Source of the DNA: Eledone cirrhosa
Taxonomy: Eukaryota
Length of the DNA stretch: 64,000 nucleotides
Direction of reading: 5' to 3'
Assembly (NCBI GenBank): GCA_964016885.1
Contig: OZ024741.1
Coordinates: 277,016,001 to 277,080,000 of the forward strand
Shown here: piece after piece, positions 12,233 through 25,968 of the stretch
How the letters are laid out: each line of letters begins with the position of its first letter
Numbering within the stretch: position 1 is the first letter of the stretch
Translations under genes and position numbers: made by a program
Notes under the pieces: generated by a model
Database searches by the model: none
What the model saw: the letters and a program-made list of their open reading frames with translations, nothing else
What the model was told of the DNA's origin: nothing

Positions 12233-12949
12233 ATATAATAATATTCACTTGCAGGGACAGAATGACACTTATAGCCTCTTCGTTCCTCCCAAAGTCCCCT
12301 TTTTTTCTACAGCCCCACCCCTTAGCCACAGTGCCCCTTGGATTTTCTCAACGCCCCACGGGTGACGGTAGCACCCACTTTGACAACTTCTGTTCTACAG
12401 TAAGTACAAGATATCCCACCCTCGCACCATGGATATCAAAATATCCCACCCGGAATGGCTCTTCCAGCGCATCTCCCTTACCATCCCCCGGGGAAACGCC
12501 TTCTCCATTCTGTCCGCCGGAACTATGGGACGGCCAGCACGTGGGACCCCATTTTCTCACAATACAAAGAGATGGAGAGGGCGAGAGAGATGAACGTGAT
12601 GACAGTGGGAGTTCGGCTCTTCCGTTATCGGACACATTGCACATTGCACCTGTCATGTCGACCATTATTTGCCACACTACATGTCGTGCTCTATTATTTT
12701 CATTTTCCCATGTGCGCCCCATCAACCTGGATATACTTTAACATTTGGGGTTTATTTGGCCCATGTTCAGAAGTTGTCTTTACAAGTGATTGTGTCCTAT
12801 AAGCGGGGCTGTTGCTACCATTTGTCCAACTAAGGGGACTGGAGGGGTGGGATTGGGTAGAATTAGGAGATATTGACCACGTCAGTGGTCGGGGATTTAG
12901 TTGGGGATGGCATGGCGGGAAAGTGTATTACTTCAGCATCGAACCAACA

Positions 12950-14255
12950 TCTTCATCAACCCCAGCATCACCGACACGACCATCCCTAACACCATCATCA
13001 CTACCACCGCCAACTCCACCATCATCACTACCAACGCCAACTCCACCAACACCAACACCACCATCACCGACACGACCATCCCTAACACCATCATCACTAC
13101 CAGCGCCAACACCACCAACACCACCAACACCACCAACACCAACACCACCATCACCATCACCATCACCAACATCACCATCACCAACACCACCATCACCAAC
13201 ACCACCAACACCACCATCACCATCACCATCACCAACATCACCATCACCAACACCACCAACACTAACACCACCAACACCAACACCAACACCACCCTCACCA
13301 TCACCAACATCACCAACACCACCAACACCACCAACACCACCATCACCAACTCCACCATCACCAACTCCACCAACACCAACATCACCATCACCAACACCAC
13401 CATCACCAACACCACCAACACCAACACCACCATCACCATCACCATCACCAACATCACCATCACCAACACCACCAACACTAACACCACCACCACCAACACC
13501 AACACCACCATCACCATCACCAACATCACCATCACCAACACCACCAACACCACCATCACCAACTCCACCATCACCAACTCCACCACCATCACCATCACCA
13601 ACATCACCATCACCAACACCACCAACACTAACACCACCAACACCAACACCACCATCACCATCACCAACATCACCATCACCAACACCACCAACACCACCAT
13701 CACCAACTCCACCATCACCAACTCCACCAACACCAACATCACCATCACCAACACCACCATCACCAACACCACCAACACCAACACCACCATCACCATCACC
13801 ATCACCAACATCACCATCACCAACACCACCAACACTAACACCACCAACACCAACACCACCAACACCACCAACACCACCATCACCAACTCCACCATCACCA
13901 ACTCCACCATCACCAACTCCACAATCACCAACACCTCCATCACCAACACCACCGTCACCAACACCACCGTCACCAACACCACCATCACCAACACCACCAT
14001 CACCACCATAATCAATGTTATCGTCATCGTCCCCCCCCCCACAATATTATCGTCACCAATACAACCACAACCAACACCAGTATTCAACATTACATCACCA
14101 CCATCACGCCACCACCACCACCACCACCAACAACAACCACAGCATCAACAGCACCACCACCACCACCACCACCACCACCATCACCACTACTACCATCACC
14201 ACCACCACCACCACTACCACCACCACCACCACCACAACCACTACTAATACCAACA
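12950..14255. repeat. Compound CAC/CAA/CAT triplet minisatellite
   Basis: Directly visible; the Pro/Thr/Ser ORFs are by-products. Confidence 0.92.
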
Positions 14256-14374
14256 CCGGTAACTTTTTAAGCAATCTATAATATGATCATCCCCATTAAA
14301 CACTCAAACATACATTTACAAATATACATCGTACAAATATACATACACATACACACACAGTGACAGATATATAT

Positions 14375-16425
14375 ATATGTATATATATATATAGACAGCC
14401 ATCGTCATGTCCCCACCATATCTATATTGAATGGAGATCAACAATCCATCACCACCACCACCACCACCACCACCACCGATAAATACACCCCCCCCCCCTC
14501 TATTAAGCCTCATCGATTTAATCTACCTCAGCGACATCAGACATACATTCCAATACTTGTTACTTGCTGCATCAACAGGCAACCACAAACGCCGCCTCTC
14601 CTCCCTGAATGGTGTGGTGTGGTGTGGTGTTGTGTGGGATAGAATGGTATGGTGTGGAGTGGTATAGTGTGGTATAGTGTGTTGGTGTGGCGTGGTCTGG
14701 TGTTGTGTGGTATGGTGTGTTGATGTGGCGTGGTGTGGTGTTGTGTGGGATGGTATTGTATGGTGTGGTGTGGAGTGGTATAGCATAGTGTGGTATAGTG
14801 TGTTGGTGTGGCGTGGTCTGGTGTTGTAGTGTTGTGGTATTACGGTATGGTGGTGTGGTATATTGTGATGTGGTGTGGTGTAGTGTGGTGTGGTATGGTG
14901 TGGTATATTGTGATGTAGTGTGGTGCGGTATGATATGGTGTGGTATGGGGTGTTGGTGTGGCGTGGTATTACGGTATGGTAGTGTGGTATATTGTGATGT
15001 GGTGTGGTGTAGGGTGGTGTGGTATGGTGTGGTATATTGTGATGAAGTGTGGCGTGGTATGATATGGTGTGGTATGGGGTGTTGTAGTGTCGTGGTATTT
15101 TGTTATGGTGGTGTGGTATATTGTTAAGTGGTGTGGTGTAGTGTGGTATAGTGTGGTATGGTGTGTTGGTGTGGCGTGGTCTGGTCTGGTGTTGTAGTGT
15201 TGTGGTATTACAGTATGGTGGTGTGGTATATTGTGATGTGGTGTGGTGTAGTGTGGTATAGTGTGGTATGGTGTGTTGGTGTGGCGTGGTCTGGTCTGGT
15301 GTTGTAGTGTTGTGGTATTACGGTATGGTGGTGTGGTATATTGTGATGTGGTGTGGTGTAGTGTGGTATAGTGTGGTATGGTGTGTTGGTGTGGCGTGGT
15401 CTGGTCTGGTGTTGTAGGGTTGTGGTATTACGGTATGGTGGTGTGGTATATTGTGATGTGGTGTGGTGTAGTGTGGTATAGTGTGGTATGGTGTGTTGGT
15501 GTGGCGTGGTCTGGTGTTGTAGGGTTGTGGTATTACGGTATGGTGGTGTGGTATATTGTGATGTGGTGTAGTGAGGCATAGTGTGGTATTGTGTGTTGGT
15601 AGTGTGATATTTACTTGTGGTGTGATTTTATGTAGTGTGGTGTGTTGCTGTAATCTAGTGCTGTGGGGTGGTATGTTGGTATGACGGGGTGTGGTGTGAT
15701 GTAATGTAGTGTGGTGTATTGTTGTATGGTGTGGTGTGTTGATATAATGCGGTGTGATGTATTGTGGTGCTGTGGTGTGGTGTTGTGTGGAGTGGTGTGG
15801 CGTGTTATGGTGTGGCGTGGTATGCTATGGTGTGGTATAGTGTGTAGGTGTGGCGTGGTATAGCATAGTGTGGTATGGTGTAGCGTGTTCTGGTGTTGTA
15901 GTGTCGTGTTGCTATGGTATGGTGGGTGTATTGTGATGTGGTATAGTGTAGTGTGGTGTGGTGTAGTGTTGTGTGGTGTGGTATGGTATAGTGTTGTGTT
16001 GTGTGGTATGTTGTGCTGTAGTGTTGGGATGTGTGGTGTATGCTGGTGGTGTTATGTACTACAGGGCGGTGTGATATGGTGAAGTGTGGCAAGATGTGCT
16101 GTGGTGTTGTGTGGGGGAGTGTTATGGTATGTGGTGTGGGGTGGTGGGTAAGTGTGGTGTGGAGTGGAGCCGTGTGTTGTGCCGTGTAATGTGCTGTGGT
16201 GCGGTATAATTGAGGGATGTGGTGTGTTCATACGTAAGGCATGAAAAAGTGGATGAGAAATGAATTTCCACCTGGATAGGACGATGCTTATCTCTCACTT
16301 CACAAATAACAATCCAACACAATCTTAGCCATTGTCGATAGTTGCTAGTTTGACCTAACTGAGTCAAGTAGAATGAAGTGTACTGGGCCAAATCATGTTT
16401 TTAAACATGTGTATGTGTGTGTGCA
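14375..16425 (+). repeat. Left arm of ~2 kb inverted duplication containing a GTGTG/GTATG pentamer satellite (105-110 bp unit)
   Basis: Unique ends 14390-14620 and 16255-16425 match the reverse complement of 27945-28180 and 26175-26345. The ORF track gives near-identical peptides on opposite strands. Confidence 0.92.
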
Positions 16426-16657
16426 TGTGTTTATATGCATTATGTATATGTACAGAAGCTATGATCTTCTTCTTCTTCTTGCTTTCTTTCTCTCTCAACT
16501 CACTCTCTCTCTTTTTAATCTCATTGTATCTGTCTGTCGCTTTTCTCACTCTCCTCTCTCCTTGTCTCTTCACCCTTTCCCTCTCCGCACCCATCTTGAC
16601 TTTTACTAAGAGCCGTTAGTTATATATGCATATTACATATATATACATATATATATA

Positions 16658-17165
16658 CTAGCTGGCCCGTCCAGCTGGCGCCGGCTAGGTATACCGGCAT
16701 TTTATTTTCAGGAATCCCCCCTCCACTCCAGTGCAAAAATACCGCACGCCCTCCCAAGTCAGCGAGGGTGGGTGGGGTCTTAACGTGCTCTGATGTTGGG
16801 TTTGAATAGTTTTTAGAATTCCCCAGTTCAGCAGCCAGTACGTTAAAGAAAATTGATAGTTACAACAATAAAGGCTGAACAGAGAACAAATTTTTTTACA
16901 AACTTTACAATAATTTGTACAACCATAATGGAAATTCCAAGTATCAGAAAATACATAAATTGCATTGTTAGAGCCTCAGAGTATACAATAGTTTTTGTTC
17001 GGCCCTCGGGACCAAAGATGAAGGGATTGTTTGGCGAGCTCAACCTAGAGCATCCTACATACAATTGACCATGGGAGAAGCATGGTTTTCCCAGATGAAG
17101 GCCAGCCACTTTTAGGGTTTGACCCTGAGCTTTGTTGATGGTTATCGCGAAGTTTAGTCTCTTTG
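16658..17165 (-). mobile_element. Helitron 3' end with PIF1-type helicase C-terminus
   Basis: RLNFAITINKAQGQTLKVAGLHLGKPCFSHGQLYVGCSR..KTIVYSEAL; GC-rich subterminal sequence and CTAG|T at 16658 within (TA)n. Confidence 0.92.
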
Positions 17166-17343
17166 TTGCACTAGTAACATTTTTTTCTTTTGGAAAATCT
17201 GATCTTGCGGCCAGGCTGGGACATTTTGGGTAGCATATCGGCAGTAACAATGACGATAAGCCGTATGTGCTTTCGTGAAATAAATACGTTTGTTTATATT
17301 TTGTTTTTGTGTATGCAAAAATATCTGTAAACGAATATATAAT

Positions 17344-17424
<81 letters not shown>

Positions 17425-17820
17425 TAACAGATTAAAGTTTAAGCAAAGAATCGCTGCTTTCACCCTTAACGAGAACTACTTCTGAAACTAAAAAAATCAA
17501 TCTGTGAACGCAGAAGTAAATATTTCGAGAAATGTTGCAACCGAAGGAAAACAGGAAGACGATACTTTGGTTCGTGAAGACGTTCCCTGGCATTGAACGG
17601 AAAAAAGCGAAGATAATACGTCAGCAATGAGAACAATATTTGCTCTAAGGTTCTTATATATTTGATATATATTTATCCTTATCGAGCCCCCTTTGGATTT
17701 TAGTCTTCACATTTATTATTATAACTTTGCTTTTCATCCTTACGGGGTCGATAAAATAAAGTACCAGTAATGTACTGGGTAATTTGCTGGCCTTGTGGCA
17801 AAAGTAGAAATAATTATTAC

Positions 17821-17913
<93 letters not shown>

Positions 17914-17957
17914 CAAGGCTCCATAAACACAGAGCTAGCATATCTAAGAACTGACTA

Positions 17958-18017
17958 ACTGCCTGATGAGGTCTGACTAATAGCCATTCAATAGCTATCA
18001 TCGAAATATATAGCAGT
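17958..18017 (+). ncRNA. Type I hammerhead ribozyme in a ~150-bp island between (TA)n arrays
   Basis: ACTGC-CTGATGA-(imperfect stem II with TAGC/GCTA)-GAAA-TATA-TA-GCAGT: perfect 5-bp stem I, followed by AATAAA. Confidence 0.75.
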
Positions 18018-18058
18018 AAATAAAGGATTATGAGTTCATGCAATTGACTTATGTTTCG

Positions 18059-18433
<375 letters not shown>

Positions 18434-18469
18434 CCAATTATTGAGAGGGCGTGCGGTATCTTTGCACTG

Positions 18470-18879
18470 AATTAATTAAAAGTTGGTTAGAAGCGAAGTC
18501 AATGCAGACAGGCAGCCAGACAGACAGATATTATAAGCGTACGTCGTTGTAGCTATGTATCTAATGCAGACAGTCAGACATACAGAGACATATTATAAGG
18601 GCGCGACGTTATAGCTATGTATTTATCTAAAAAGACAGACTAAGAAAGAGTGAGGAATGTCGTATAACCGGAAGTGTTGTCATTTTAAAATTTTAAAGAA
18701 GTGAATATTTAAATAACCGATAAAATATCTTTAATCTTTTAACGAAATTTAGAAGACAAAAATACCCTCACTTTCTTACTTGGAAAAAGTTACATCTGTG
18801 GTGTAAATTTGGTGCTTTTTAGTCCAGCCGTTTGGCGAAAAGTTTGTTACATACATTCAGCCGTCAGCTTTATAATATA
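18470..18879 (-). mobile_element. Probable non-autonomous Helitron 5' portion
   Basis: Minus strand begins TATATTATAAAGCTGA, similar to common Helitron 5' ends, and has an internal (CAGA)n-like tract. Confidence 0.5.
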
Positions 18880-19272
18880 CTATCTGGCCCGTCCGGCTGG
18901 CGTCCAGCTAGGTATACCGGCATTTTATATTTTCAGGAATCCCCCTACACTCCAGTGCCAAGATACCGCACGCCCTCTCAAGTCAGCGAGGGGGGGGGGG
19001 TTAACGTGCTCTGATGTTGGGTTTGAATAGTTTTTAGGATTCCCCAGTTCAGCAGCCAGTACTTTAAAGGCTGAACAGAGAGCAAATTTTTTAACAAACA
19101 ATAATTTGTACAACCATAATGGAAATTCCAAGTAACAGAAAATATTTAAATTACATAGTTAGAGCCTCAGAGTATACAATATTTTTTGTTCGGCTCTCCG
19201 GAGCAAAGATGAAGAGATTGTTTGCGGAGCTCACCCTAGAGCATCCTACATACAATTAACCATGGAAGAATC
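18880..19272 (-). mobile_element. Second copy of Helitron 3' end with helicase tail
   Basis: Aligns by eye with 16658-17080; terminal CTAG is mutated to ATAG. Confidence 0.88.
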
Positions 19273-19339
19273 ACTGATTTCGTAGCTCGTCTCGCGGAGA
19301 AGCTTTGTAGACGTTGACCAGACGTGCCTAAATCAGCAA

Positions 19340-19756
19340 CGGCGGTGGATTGGCAGTATCGCTCGAGGGTCGGACGCCATGCTTTGACGTATAGAGTTAC
19401 GGCCTTTGCCATTCTGAGTTCAAATCCCGCCGAGGTTAACTTTGCCTTTCATCCCTACGGGGTCGATAAAATAAAGTACCAGTAATGTACTGGGTAATTA
19501 CTGGCCTTGTGCCTAAATCAGCAACCATTATTACAAAATAATAAGAATGGTTTCTTCTATAGGCACAAGGCCAGCAATTTGAAGGGGAGGGGAAAGTCGA
19601 TCAAATCGAGCCCAGTGTATTACTGGTACTTTATTTTATCGACCCCGTAAGAATGAAAGGCAAAGTTAACCTCGGTAGAATTTGAACTCAAACCGTAAAG
19701 GGCCGTAACTCTGTGCTGAAAAGCATGGCGTCCGACCCTCTACCGATACTGCCAAA
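19340..19756. mobile_element. Tail-to-tail pair of SINE B copies (19340-19530 +, 19548-19756 -)
   Basis: Full SINE B motifs on opposite strands. Confidence 0.85.
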
Positions 19757-19945
19757 TAATAATAATATATGTATGTGATCGAAAATATTTGCAGTATAGT
19801 AGGAAAGTTGTAAAAGCATTAATATTGAAGTTCTCCTCATAAAGATAATCATATCCACCACCCATGCAACGATATAGATACATACATACATACATACATA
19901 CATACATACATACATACATACATACATACATACATACATACATAC

Positions 19946-22900
19946 ATGATGGCTGCCCCCTCGTTATCGAGTATGGCCATTGCACGAGGAAAAAAAAAAT
20001 AAAATAATAATAATAATAATAAATAAATAGAAAGAAAAAAAAAAAAAAGAAATATATATATATATATACATATACATACACATATACACACACACACACT
20101 CACACACACATATACACACACATACATTAATAACAATAATAATAATAATAATAATAACAACAACAATAATAATAACGACAACAACAATAATAATAATATA
20201 TACATATATATATACACACACCCGCACACACATAAGCATATCTACACACACACACACACACGATAGCAACTAACAGCGCTGCGATCGAATGTGGCTTTTT
20301 AGCCCAGCCAATGATCTAAAATGTCTTGCACAGAGTCGGCAACCAAAACATTCACTGGGAATAGTCGGCTGTGGTTGGAGTTCGTGTACTTTTGCATGTC
20401 GCTTGAGCCCTCCTGCTGATTTACATTCTCTACCACATGTTTGGCAAGCATGATGTGTAGCATCTCCAACAGCAGCCTGGTAGTCAACCACTGGTCTTAC
20501 TTTATGACTGTGAAGATGACTTTCGAGTCCAGCTTTGCTTAGGCAGAGTCTCGCACATACGCTGCATGTCAGCACCATAGGCGGACCCTCGCCGTCTGGA
20601 AGTGCAACAGCAATGCCCTTCCTCACATCCCGCTTTACTTTCTCGTATGCGATTCGAGATGCCTCAAAGGCAACTTTTCCCTCATATACAGTCTTTCTCC
20701 ATTTATTACGATCAGCAGCAATATTCTCCCATGTATCAGCAGAGATGTTAGCGTCTTTCAGAGAGGCTTTCAAGGAATCCTTATACCTCTTTTTTGGTTT
20801 ATGTGGCGATCGTTTTCCTTTAACCAACTCTCCATAAAAGAGTTGTTTTGGTATTCTAGAATCCTTCATCCTGGCAAGGTGACCACTCCAACGGAGTCGT
20901 TGCTTAAGCACAAGAGCTTCTATACTGTCACACATAGAGCTTTCCAAAATCTCGACATCACTGATGTGGTCCCTCCAGTGAACGCCATGGATCCGTCTGA
21001 GACACATCTGATGGAAACGCTCCAATTGCTTAAGGTGGTGTCGATATGTGACCCAGGTCTCGCAGGCATAAAGAAGACAAGAGAGCACACATGCCCTGTA
21101 CACCTTTACCTTTGTCCTCCTGCATATGTCTCGCCAACCCCAGAGTCGCCTTTCTAGCTTTCCGAAAGCATCACTTGCTTTCCTAATCCTAAGTGAGATT
21201 TCACTGTCAAGGTTGCTGTATCGATTGACAGTTGGTACATGACGACGGTTTTCTTGAAACTGACAGTCAGACCTAGGGCAGTGCAAGCGTCAGAAAATGC
21301 ATTCAAAATGTGCTGCATATCACTCACTGTGTGCGCTACAAGATCGCAATCATCTGCATACAAGAGGTCTCTTATGATTGATGTAAATACTTTTGTCTTC
21401 GCAGCAAAGCGCCTGATGTTAAATATGCTGCCTGAGGTTCGATATCGGATGTAAACACCATGCTCGCAATTCCTGAATGTAATACAGAAAACCATTGCAA
21501 AGTATATGGCAAACAGGGTCGGTGCTGGAATATCCCCCTGTTTCACTCCATTTTTTACTGAGATAGGCTCCGACATGTTACCCCCGACATTAACCCAAGC
21601 CTTCATGTCGTCATAGAAAGACCTAACTAAAGCAAGGAACTTATCAGGGCAACCAAGTTTCTGGAGAACCTTCCATAATGCATCTCTGTTAACAGTATCG
21701 AAAGCTTTTGTCAGATCGACAAAAACCTGATACAGATCTAAGCCTTGTTCCATGCACTTCTCCTGGAGCTGTCTAGCTGAGAAGATCATATCAGTAGTGC
21801 CGCGTCCAGCACGAAAACCAGATTGACTTTCAGGAAGAACACAATCTGCAATGTGTGTCAGCAGACGGTCCAGAAGCACCCTACATAAAACTTTCCCTAC
21901 GACAGAAAGCAATGATATACCTCTGTAGTTCCCACAATCGTTCCTGTTACCCTTTCCCTTGTACAAGACCACCATTACTGCATCTCTCCAGTCCTCAGGT
22001 ACGGATTCATTAGCCCATATCCTGCCAAACAAAGAGTGAAGATGTTGCAGGAGTCTCTCACCACCATATTGTAGGAGCTCAGCATGTATGCCTTCCATAC
22101 CTGGAGATCTTCCACTGTTCAGCTTCGAAATAGCCACTGCAACCTCCACAAGCGTCGGAGGTTCTGCGAGAGCTACTTTCACAGAACTTTCTGGAATGAG
22201 ATTGAGGAAATCTTCACTGACGACAGACGGCTGATTCAAAAGATCATCAAAGTGCTCTCGCCACCTTCGTAGAATTCCCTGTGAGTCACGAAGAAGTTCT
22301 TTGCCATCCTTGCTGCGAAGCGGTGTCACCAGAGAAGAAGACGGTCCATAAACCTCACGCAAGACACTGTACAACAACTTTGTGTTATTGGAATCAGACG
22401 CAGTTTGTATCTCACCAGCCTTCTCACTCCACCACTGATCCTTCATCTGAGAAAGACTCCGCCTAACACGTGATTTTACATCCCTGAGCTCCTCATGCAA
22501 CGTATTCCTCTCCTGTGGTTTTGCCGTCAAGTAACGTGACAGAGCACGCCTCTTATCAGCCAACAAGTCTTCTATATGTACATCATTCTCATCAAACCAG
22601 TCCTGATGTTTCCTCTGCGCCGATCCCAGAACACGCCTGCCTACATCATAAACCGACTTTTTAAGGGTCGGCCAATCCTCACCAAGATCTGCAGCCTGCA
22701 TCTCTTCTTCCAATGTCCTCTTCACATTTTTATCCTTAAGACGAGCAGCATTCAATCTTTTGGGCAGGGCAACACCAGGAGCCCGGATTTTACGTTTAGT
22801 GATTAGTTTCACTTTTGCGTGTACCAGGCGGTGGTCCGTCCAGCACTCAGCTCCACGAAGAACACGAACACACTGCACATCCTGTCTGTCACGCATCCTG

Positions 22901-23753
22901 ACTAGGACGTAGTCCAAAAGATGCCATTCCTTAGATGCAGGATGCATCCATGTGGTCTTCAATTTGTTCTTTTGTTGGAACATGGTGTTGGTAACACACA
23001 GATCCAGCTCCTCACACATCTGCAGCAGGAGCATACCATTGCTGTTACACTTTCCCACCCCATGCCTTCCGATTACATTCCATGTGTTAAAATCCCTACC
23101 CACTCTAGCATTAAAGTCACCAAGCACGATGACTTTGTCTGCCTGAGGGATATTTCTTAAAACACCTTTCAAGGCATGGTAAAAGGACACCTTTTCCTCA
23201 TCGACCGAACTCATAGTTGGAGCATACACACTCACCAGGGTAGCATATCTTCCCTTGTCCAGTGGAACTCTCATGGACATAAGACGATCACTAATCTCTA
23301 CTAATTCTTCTAATTTGTTCACAAGCACAGTCTTAACAGCAAATGCTACCCCAGCCTCTCTTCTGGTTCCTTCATCTCTTCCTTTCCAGAAGAATGTATA
23401 TTCTCCACAAAATTCCGTAAGATGACCATCTCCAGCTAGCCTCGTCTCAGATAAAGCCACGATGTCAAGATCGTAACGTCGAAGCTCCTTTGCAACAAGA
23501 GCGGTCCTTCGTTCAGGACGCCCCAAGGAATCCCTGTCAAGCAGCGTCCGTACGTTCCAACAGCCAAGACTAAATGCCTTGTTTGGCTCTATTACAATGG
23601 CACGATGACGAGCGGGCCCAGGCTGTGATAACCTGGGGCCCCTGCCCTTATTGCCAATGATCTTTTATGTTCCAGAACCTAAATTGCTAATTATCTCTTT
23701 TATATTGTTCTGGAACATCATTGAATTGGAAAAAAAAAAAAAAAGTAATAATA

Positions 23754-23804
<51 letters not shown>

Positions 23805-24110
23805 GTACACTATTAATAATTATTAATGCACTCGTGCAATGCCTGTGCGTAACGAATATTTTTAAAGTGAGGAAATACTGTGCACTGAGCCAATCCCACT
23901 CTCTGAGCGACAGTAGCTATAACTCGAAAAGAAGTAAAGATCAACATCATCGGTAACTACTGAGCCGCAGGTTTTATGTCGGAGTTAACCCAGTTTCCTG
24001 AGATGCCTTCTCCTAGAAGAATGCCCTGACAAGGGCTAGGGGTTCTTCACTCCCAGTGGTTTAACTGCGCGATCGGGCATCCAGCCCGATTATTTCTATG
24101 TCCCCGCGCG
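19946..24110 (-). mobile_element. Near-complete RTE-clade LINE
   Basis: 5' UTR with CTAGGAGAAGG and GCACAGGCATTG motifs; APE-RT-zinc finger ORF; 3' hairpin CTCGATAACGAG plus (TATG)n tail at ~19946-19985. Confidence 0.95.
20270..23647 (-). pseudogene. RTE ORF (APE endonuclease, RT, three C2H2-like fingers) broken by one frameshifting deletion near 21230
   Basis: WNVRTL, VALSETRL, SVYAPT, LGDFNARVG, LLDYVL, TDHRLV, NYRGISLLS, QSGFR, FVDLTKAFD, GVKQGD, LYADD, RLRWSGHLARM. Confidence 0.95.
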
Positions 24111-24237
24111 CAAAAAAAAAAAAAAAAATCACTTATTGACACTTATACGTACGACATACACACACGCGCATACATATGCGCGCACACAACAACACTCATA
24201 CATACAAACAAATACACACACGCTACTCTACTCACTT

Positions 24238-24271
<34 letters not shown>

Positions 24272-24371
24272 TACCGTCATTACTGATACAAGATTACAAG
24301 ATTATGTCAACTGTTGACTTTCAAGAGTTTGTATAGTTGAAGCCGATCGTCCAGTATTATTATAATTGCTT

Positions 24372-24515
24372 TACAGCATAGAGTCACGGCCCTCCACGCT
24401 CTGAGCTCAAATCCCGCCGAGGTCAACCTTGCCTTTCATCCCCACGGAGTCAACAAAAGAGAGTACCAGTGATGCGCTGAGCCAGTCGCTGGATCCGTGC
24501 CAAAAGCAGAAAAAT
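24372..24515 (+). mobile_element. SINE B, degenerate
   Basis: GAGCTCAAATCCCGCCGAGGTCAACCTTGCCTTTCATCC. Confidence 0.75.
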
Positions 24516-25254
24516 TATTATTAAGGTTTTCTTAAGGCCCGGTCGCTGGTGATGGTGATGGCGGCGGCGGTAGTGGTGGTGGTGGCAGTTGATGTTGTTG
24601 TGTTGTGTGCGTGTGTGTGTGTGTTTTGTTATTTTGAGTGGGTTTTTTTCCCTTCTTTTTCTTTTTTTTTATCTTTTGATGCCGCTGTTGTTGTTGTTGT
24701 TGTAAATGTTCATTTCAGTTCATTCTGAAGCTGTTGTTGCTGTAAACATTAGTGCTGGTGTTGTTGTTGTAGATGTTGGGGTTGAAATCTGGTCGTTTGA
24801 CTGAGTGATGTATATACACACATATACATACATATATATATATATACACATTCAACAGAGAGTAGAGAGTTTGACAACAAGTCGATGACTTTAGTCTAGA
24901 TAGGGTAATGACATGTGATGGTGGGGAGAGAGTGTAGACGTTATTGTGGTGGCGGGGGACAGTGAGATGTATCTAGTTCATTTGACCGTTTTCTTCTCTT
25001 TGCAAAATTTGAATTTTAGCCATGTTATATTGAGATGTAAGTAAATGTAAAATGTAAAATATAAATAAGGATTGCTCTGCTAAAATATACTAAAATATTT
25101 GTGTAACTTCCACAAACTTCTGTCGTGACATTCCCGAGTCCAGTGACCAACAAATTGTTGTATTTTGATGTTTCAGAATACAAAAATTAATTAAAAACTT
25201 ACCCCACGAAAAGACAGCGTGTGTTGTCCTATCTATAAGCTCCCTCATCCATAC

Positions 25255-25864
25255 ATGGTGGCTGCCAACTCGTTTTCGAGTACGGCCACTACTTTATATC
25301 CATGTAGGAGAACCCCTACCGATGCGCTGAACAAGTGTGACTTTTTAGTCCAGCCAGCGACTTGAAAACTCTGGTACAAACACTACACTTGTTACAATTA
25401 TTGACACATAGTGCTGGACCCATGGTACCATGTGATGACAAGTGCAGAAAGATCTCCAGATATAAAGCAATGCCTGTGCCGTGAAGCTTTTATAGTGAGC
25501 AAAGGCACTGCACAAAGCCAGTCCCACTCTCTTAACCAAGATGATATTTACCAAAAAGAAGAACAAGTCAACATCATTGGATACCATCAAGGTTGCAGGT
25601 GTTATATCAGAGTTTTCCTTCTCCTAGAATTCTGCCTTGACAAAGGCTAAGGGGTCATCTCTCCCGGTGATTATGGATGGCCATTGACTCTTAAGAGCTC
25701 CTTTGCCCTTTGACAGGTTTTGTTTTTAGTCCTGCAGGATGTCCAAAGTCACCCTCCTCACCAAGAAACCTTGGTGGGGTTGCCAGTTTAGTCGCCAACG
25801 ACCCGACCATGAGACAGGTTGTACTGGGATACATGTTACCAGTAGCACCAACTGGTGACCTGAC
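25255..25864 (-). mobile_element. Bipartite non-autonomous RTE derivative (RTE 5' UTR fused to RTE 3' end); longest copy
   Basis: 25467-25665 is homologous to RTE 5' UTR 23838-24053. The 3' part encodes CSVCTRVFKSLAGLKSH and ends with hairpin CTCGAAAACGAG. Confidence 0.85.
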
Positions 25865-25934
25865 AATACATACATACATACATACATACATACATACATA
25901 CATACATACATAGATACATAGATACATAGATACA

Positions 25935-25968
<34 letters not shown>

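Noticed and set aside
12812-14247. Extensin/mucin-like Pro-Thr-Ser ORFs
   Set aside because: Triplet repeat open in several frames on both strands, with no signal peptide or splice evidence.
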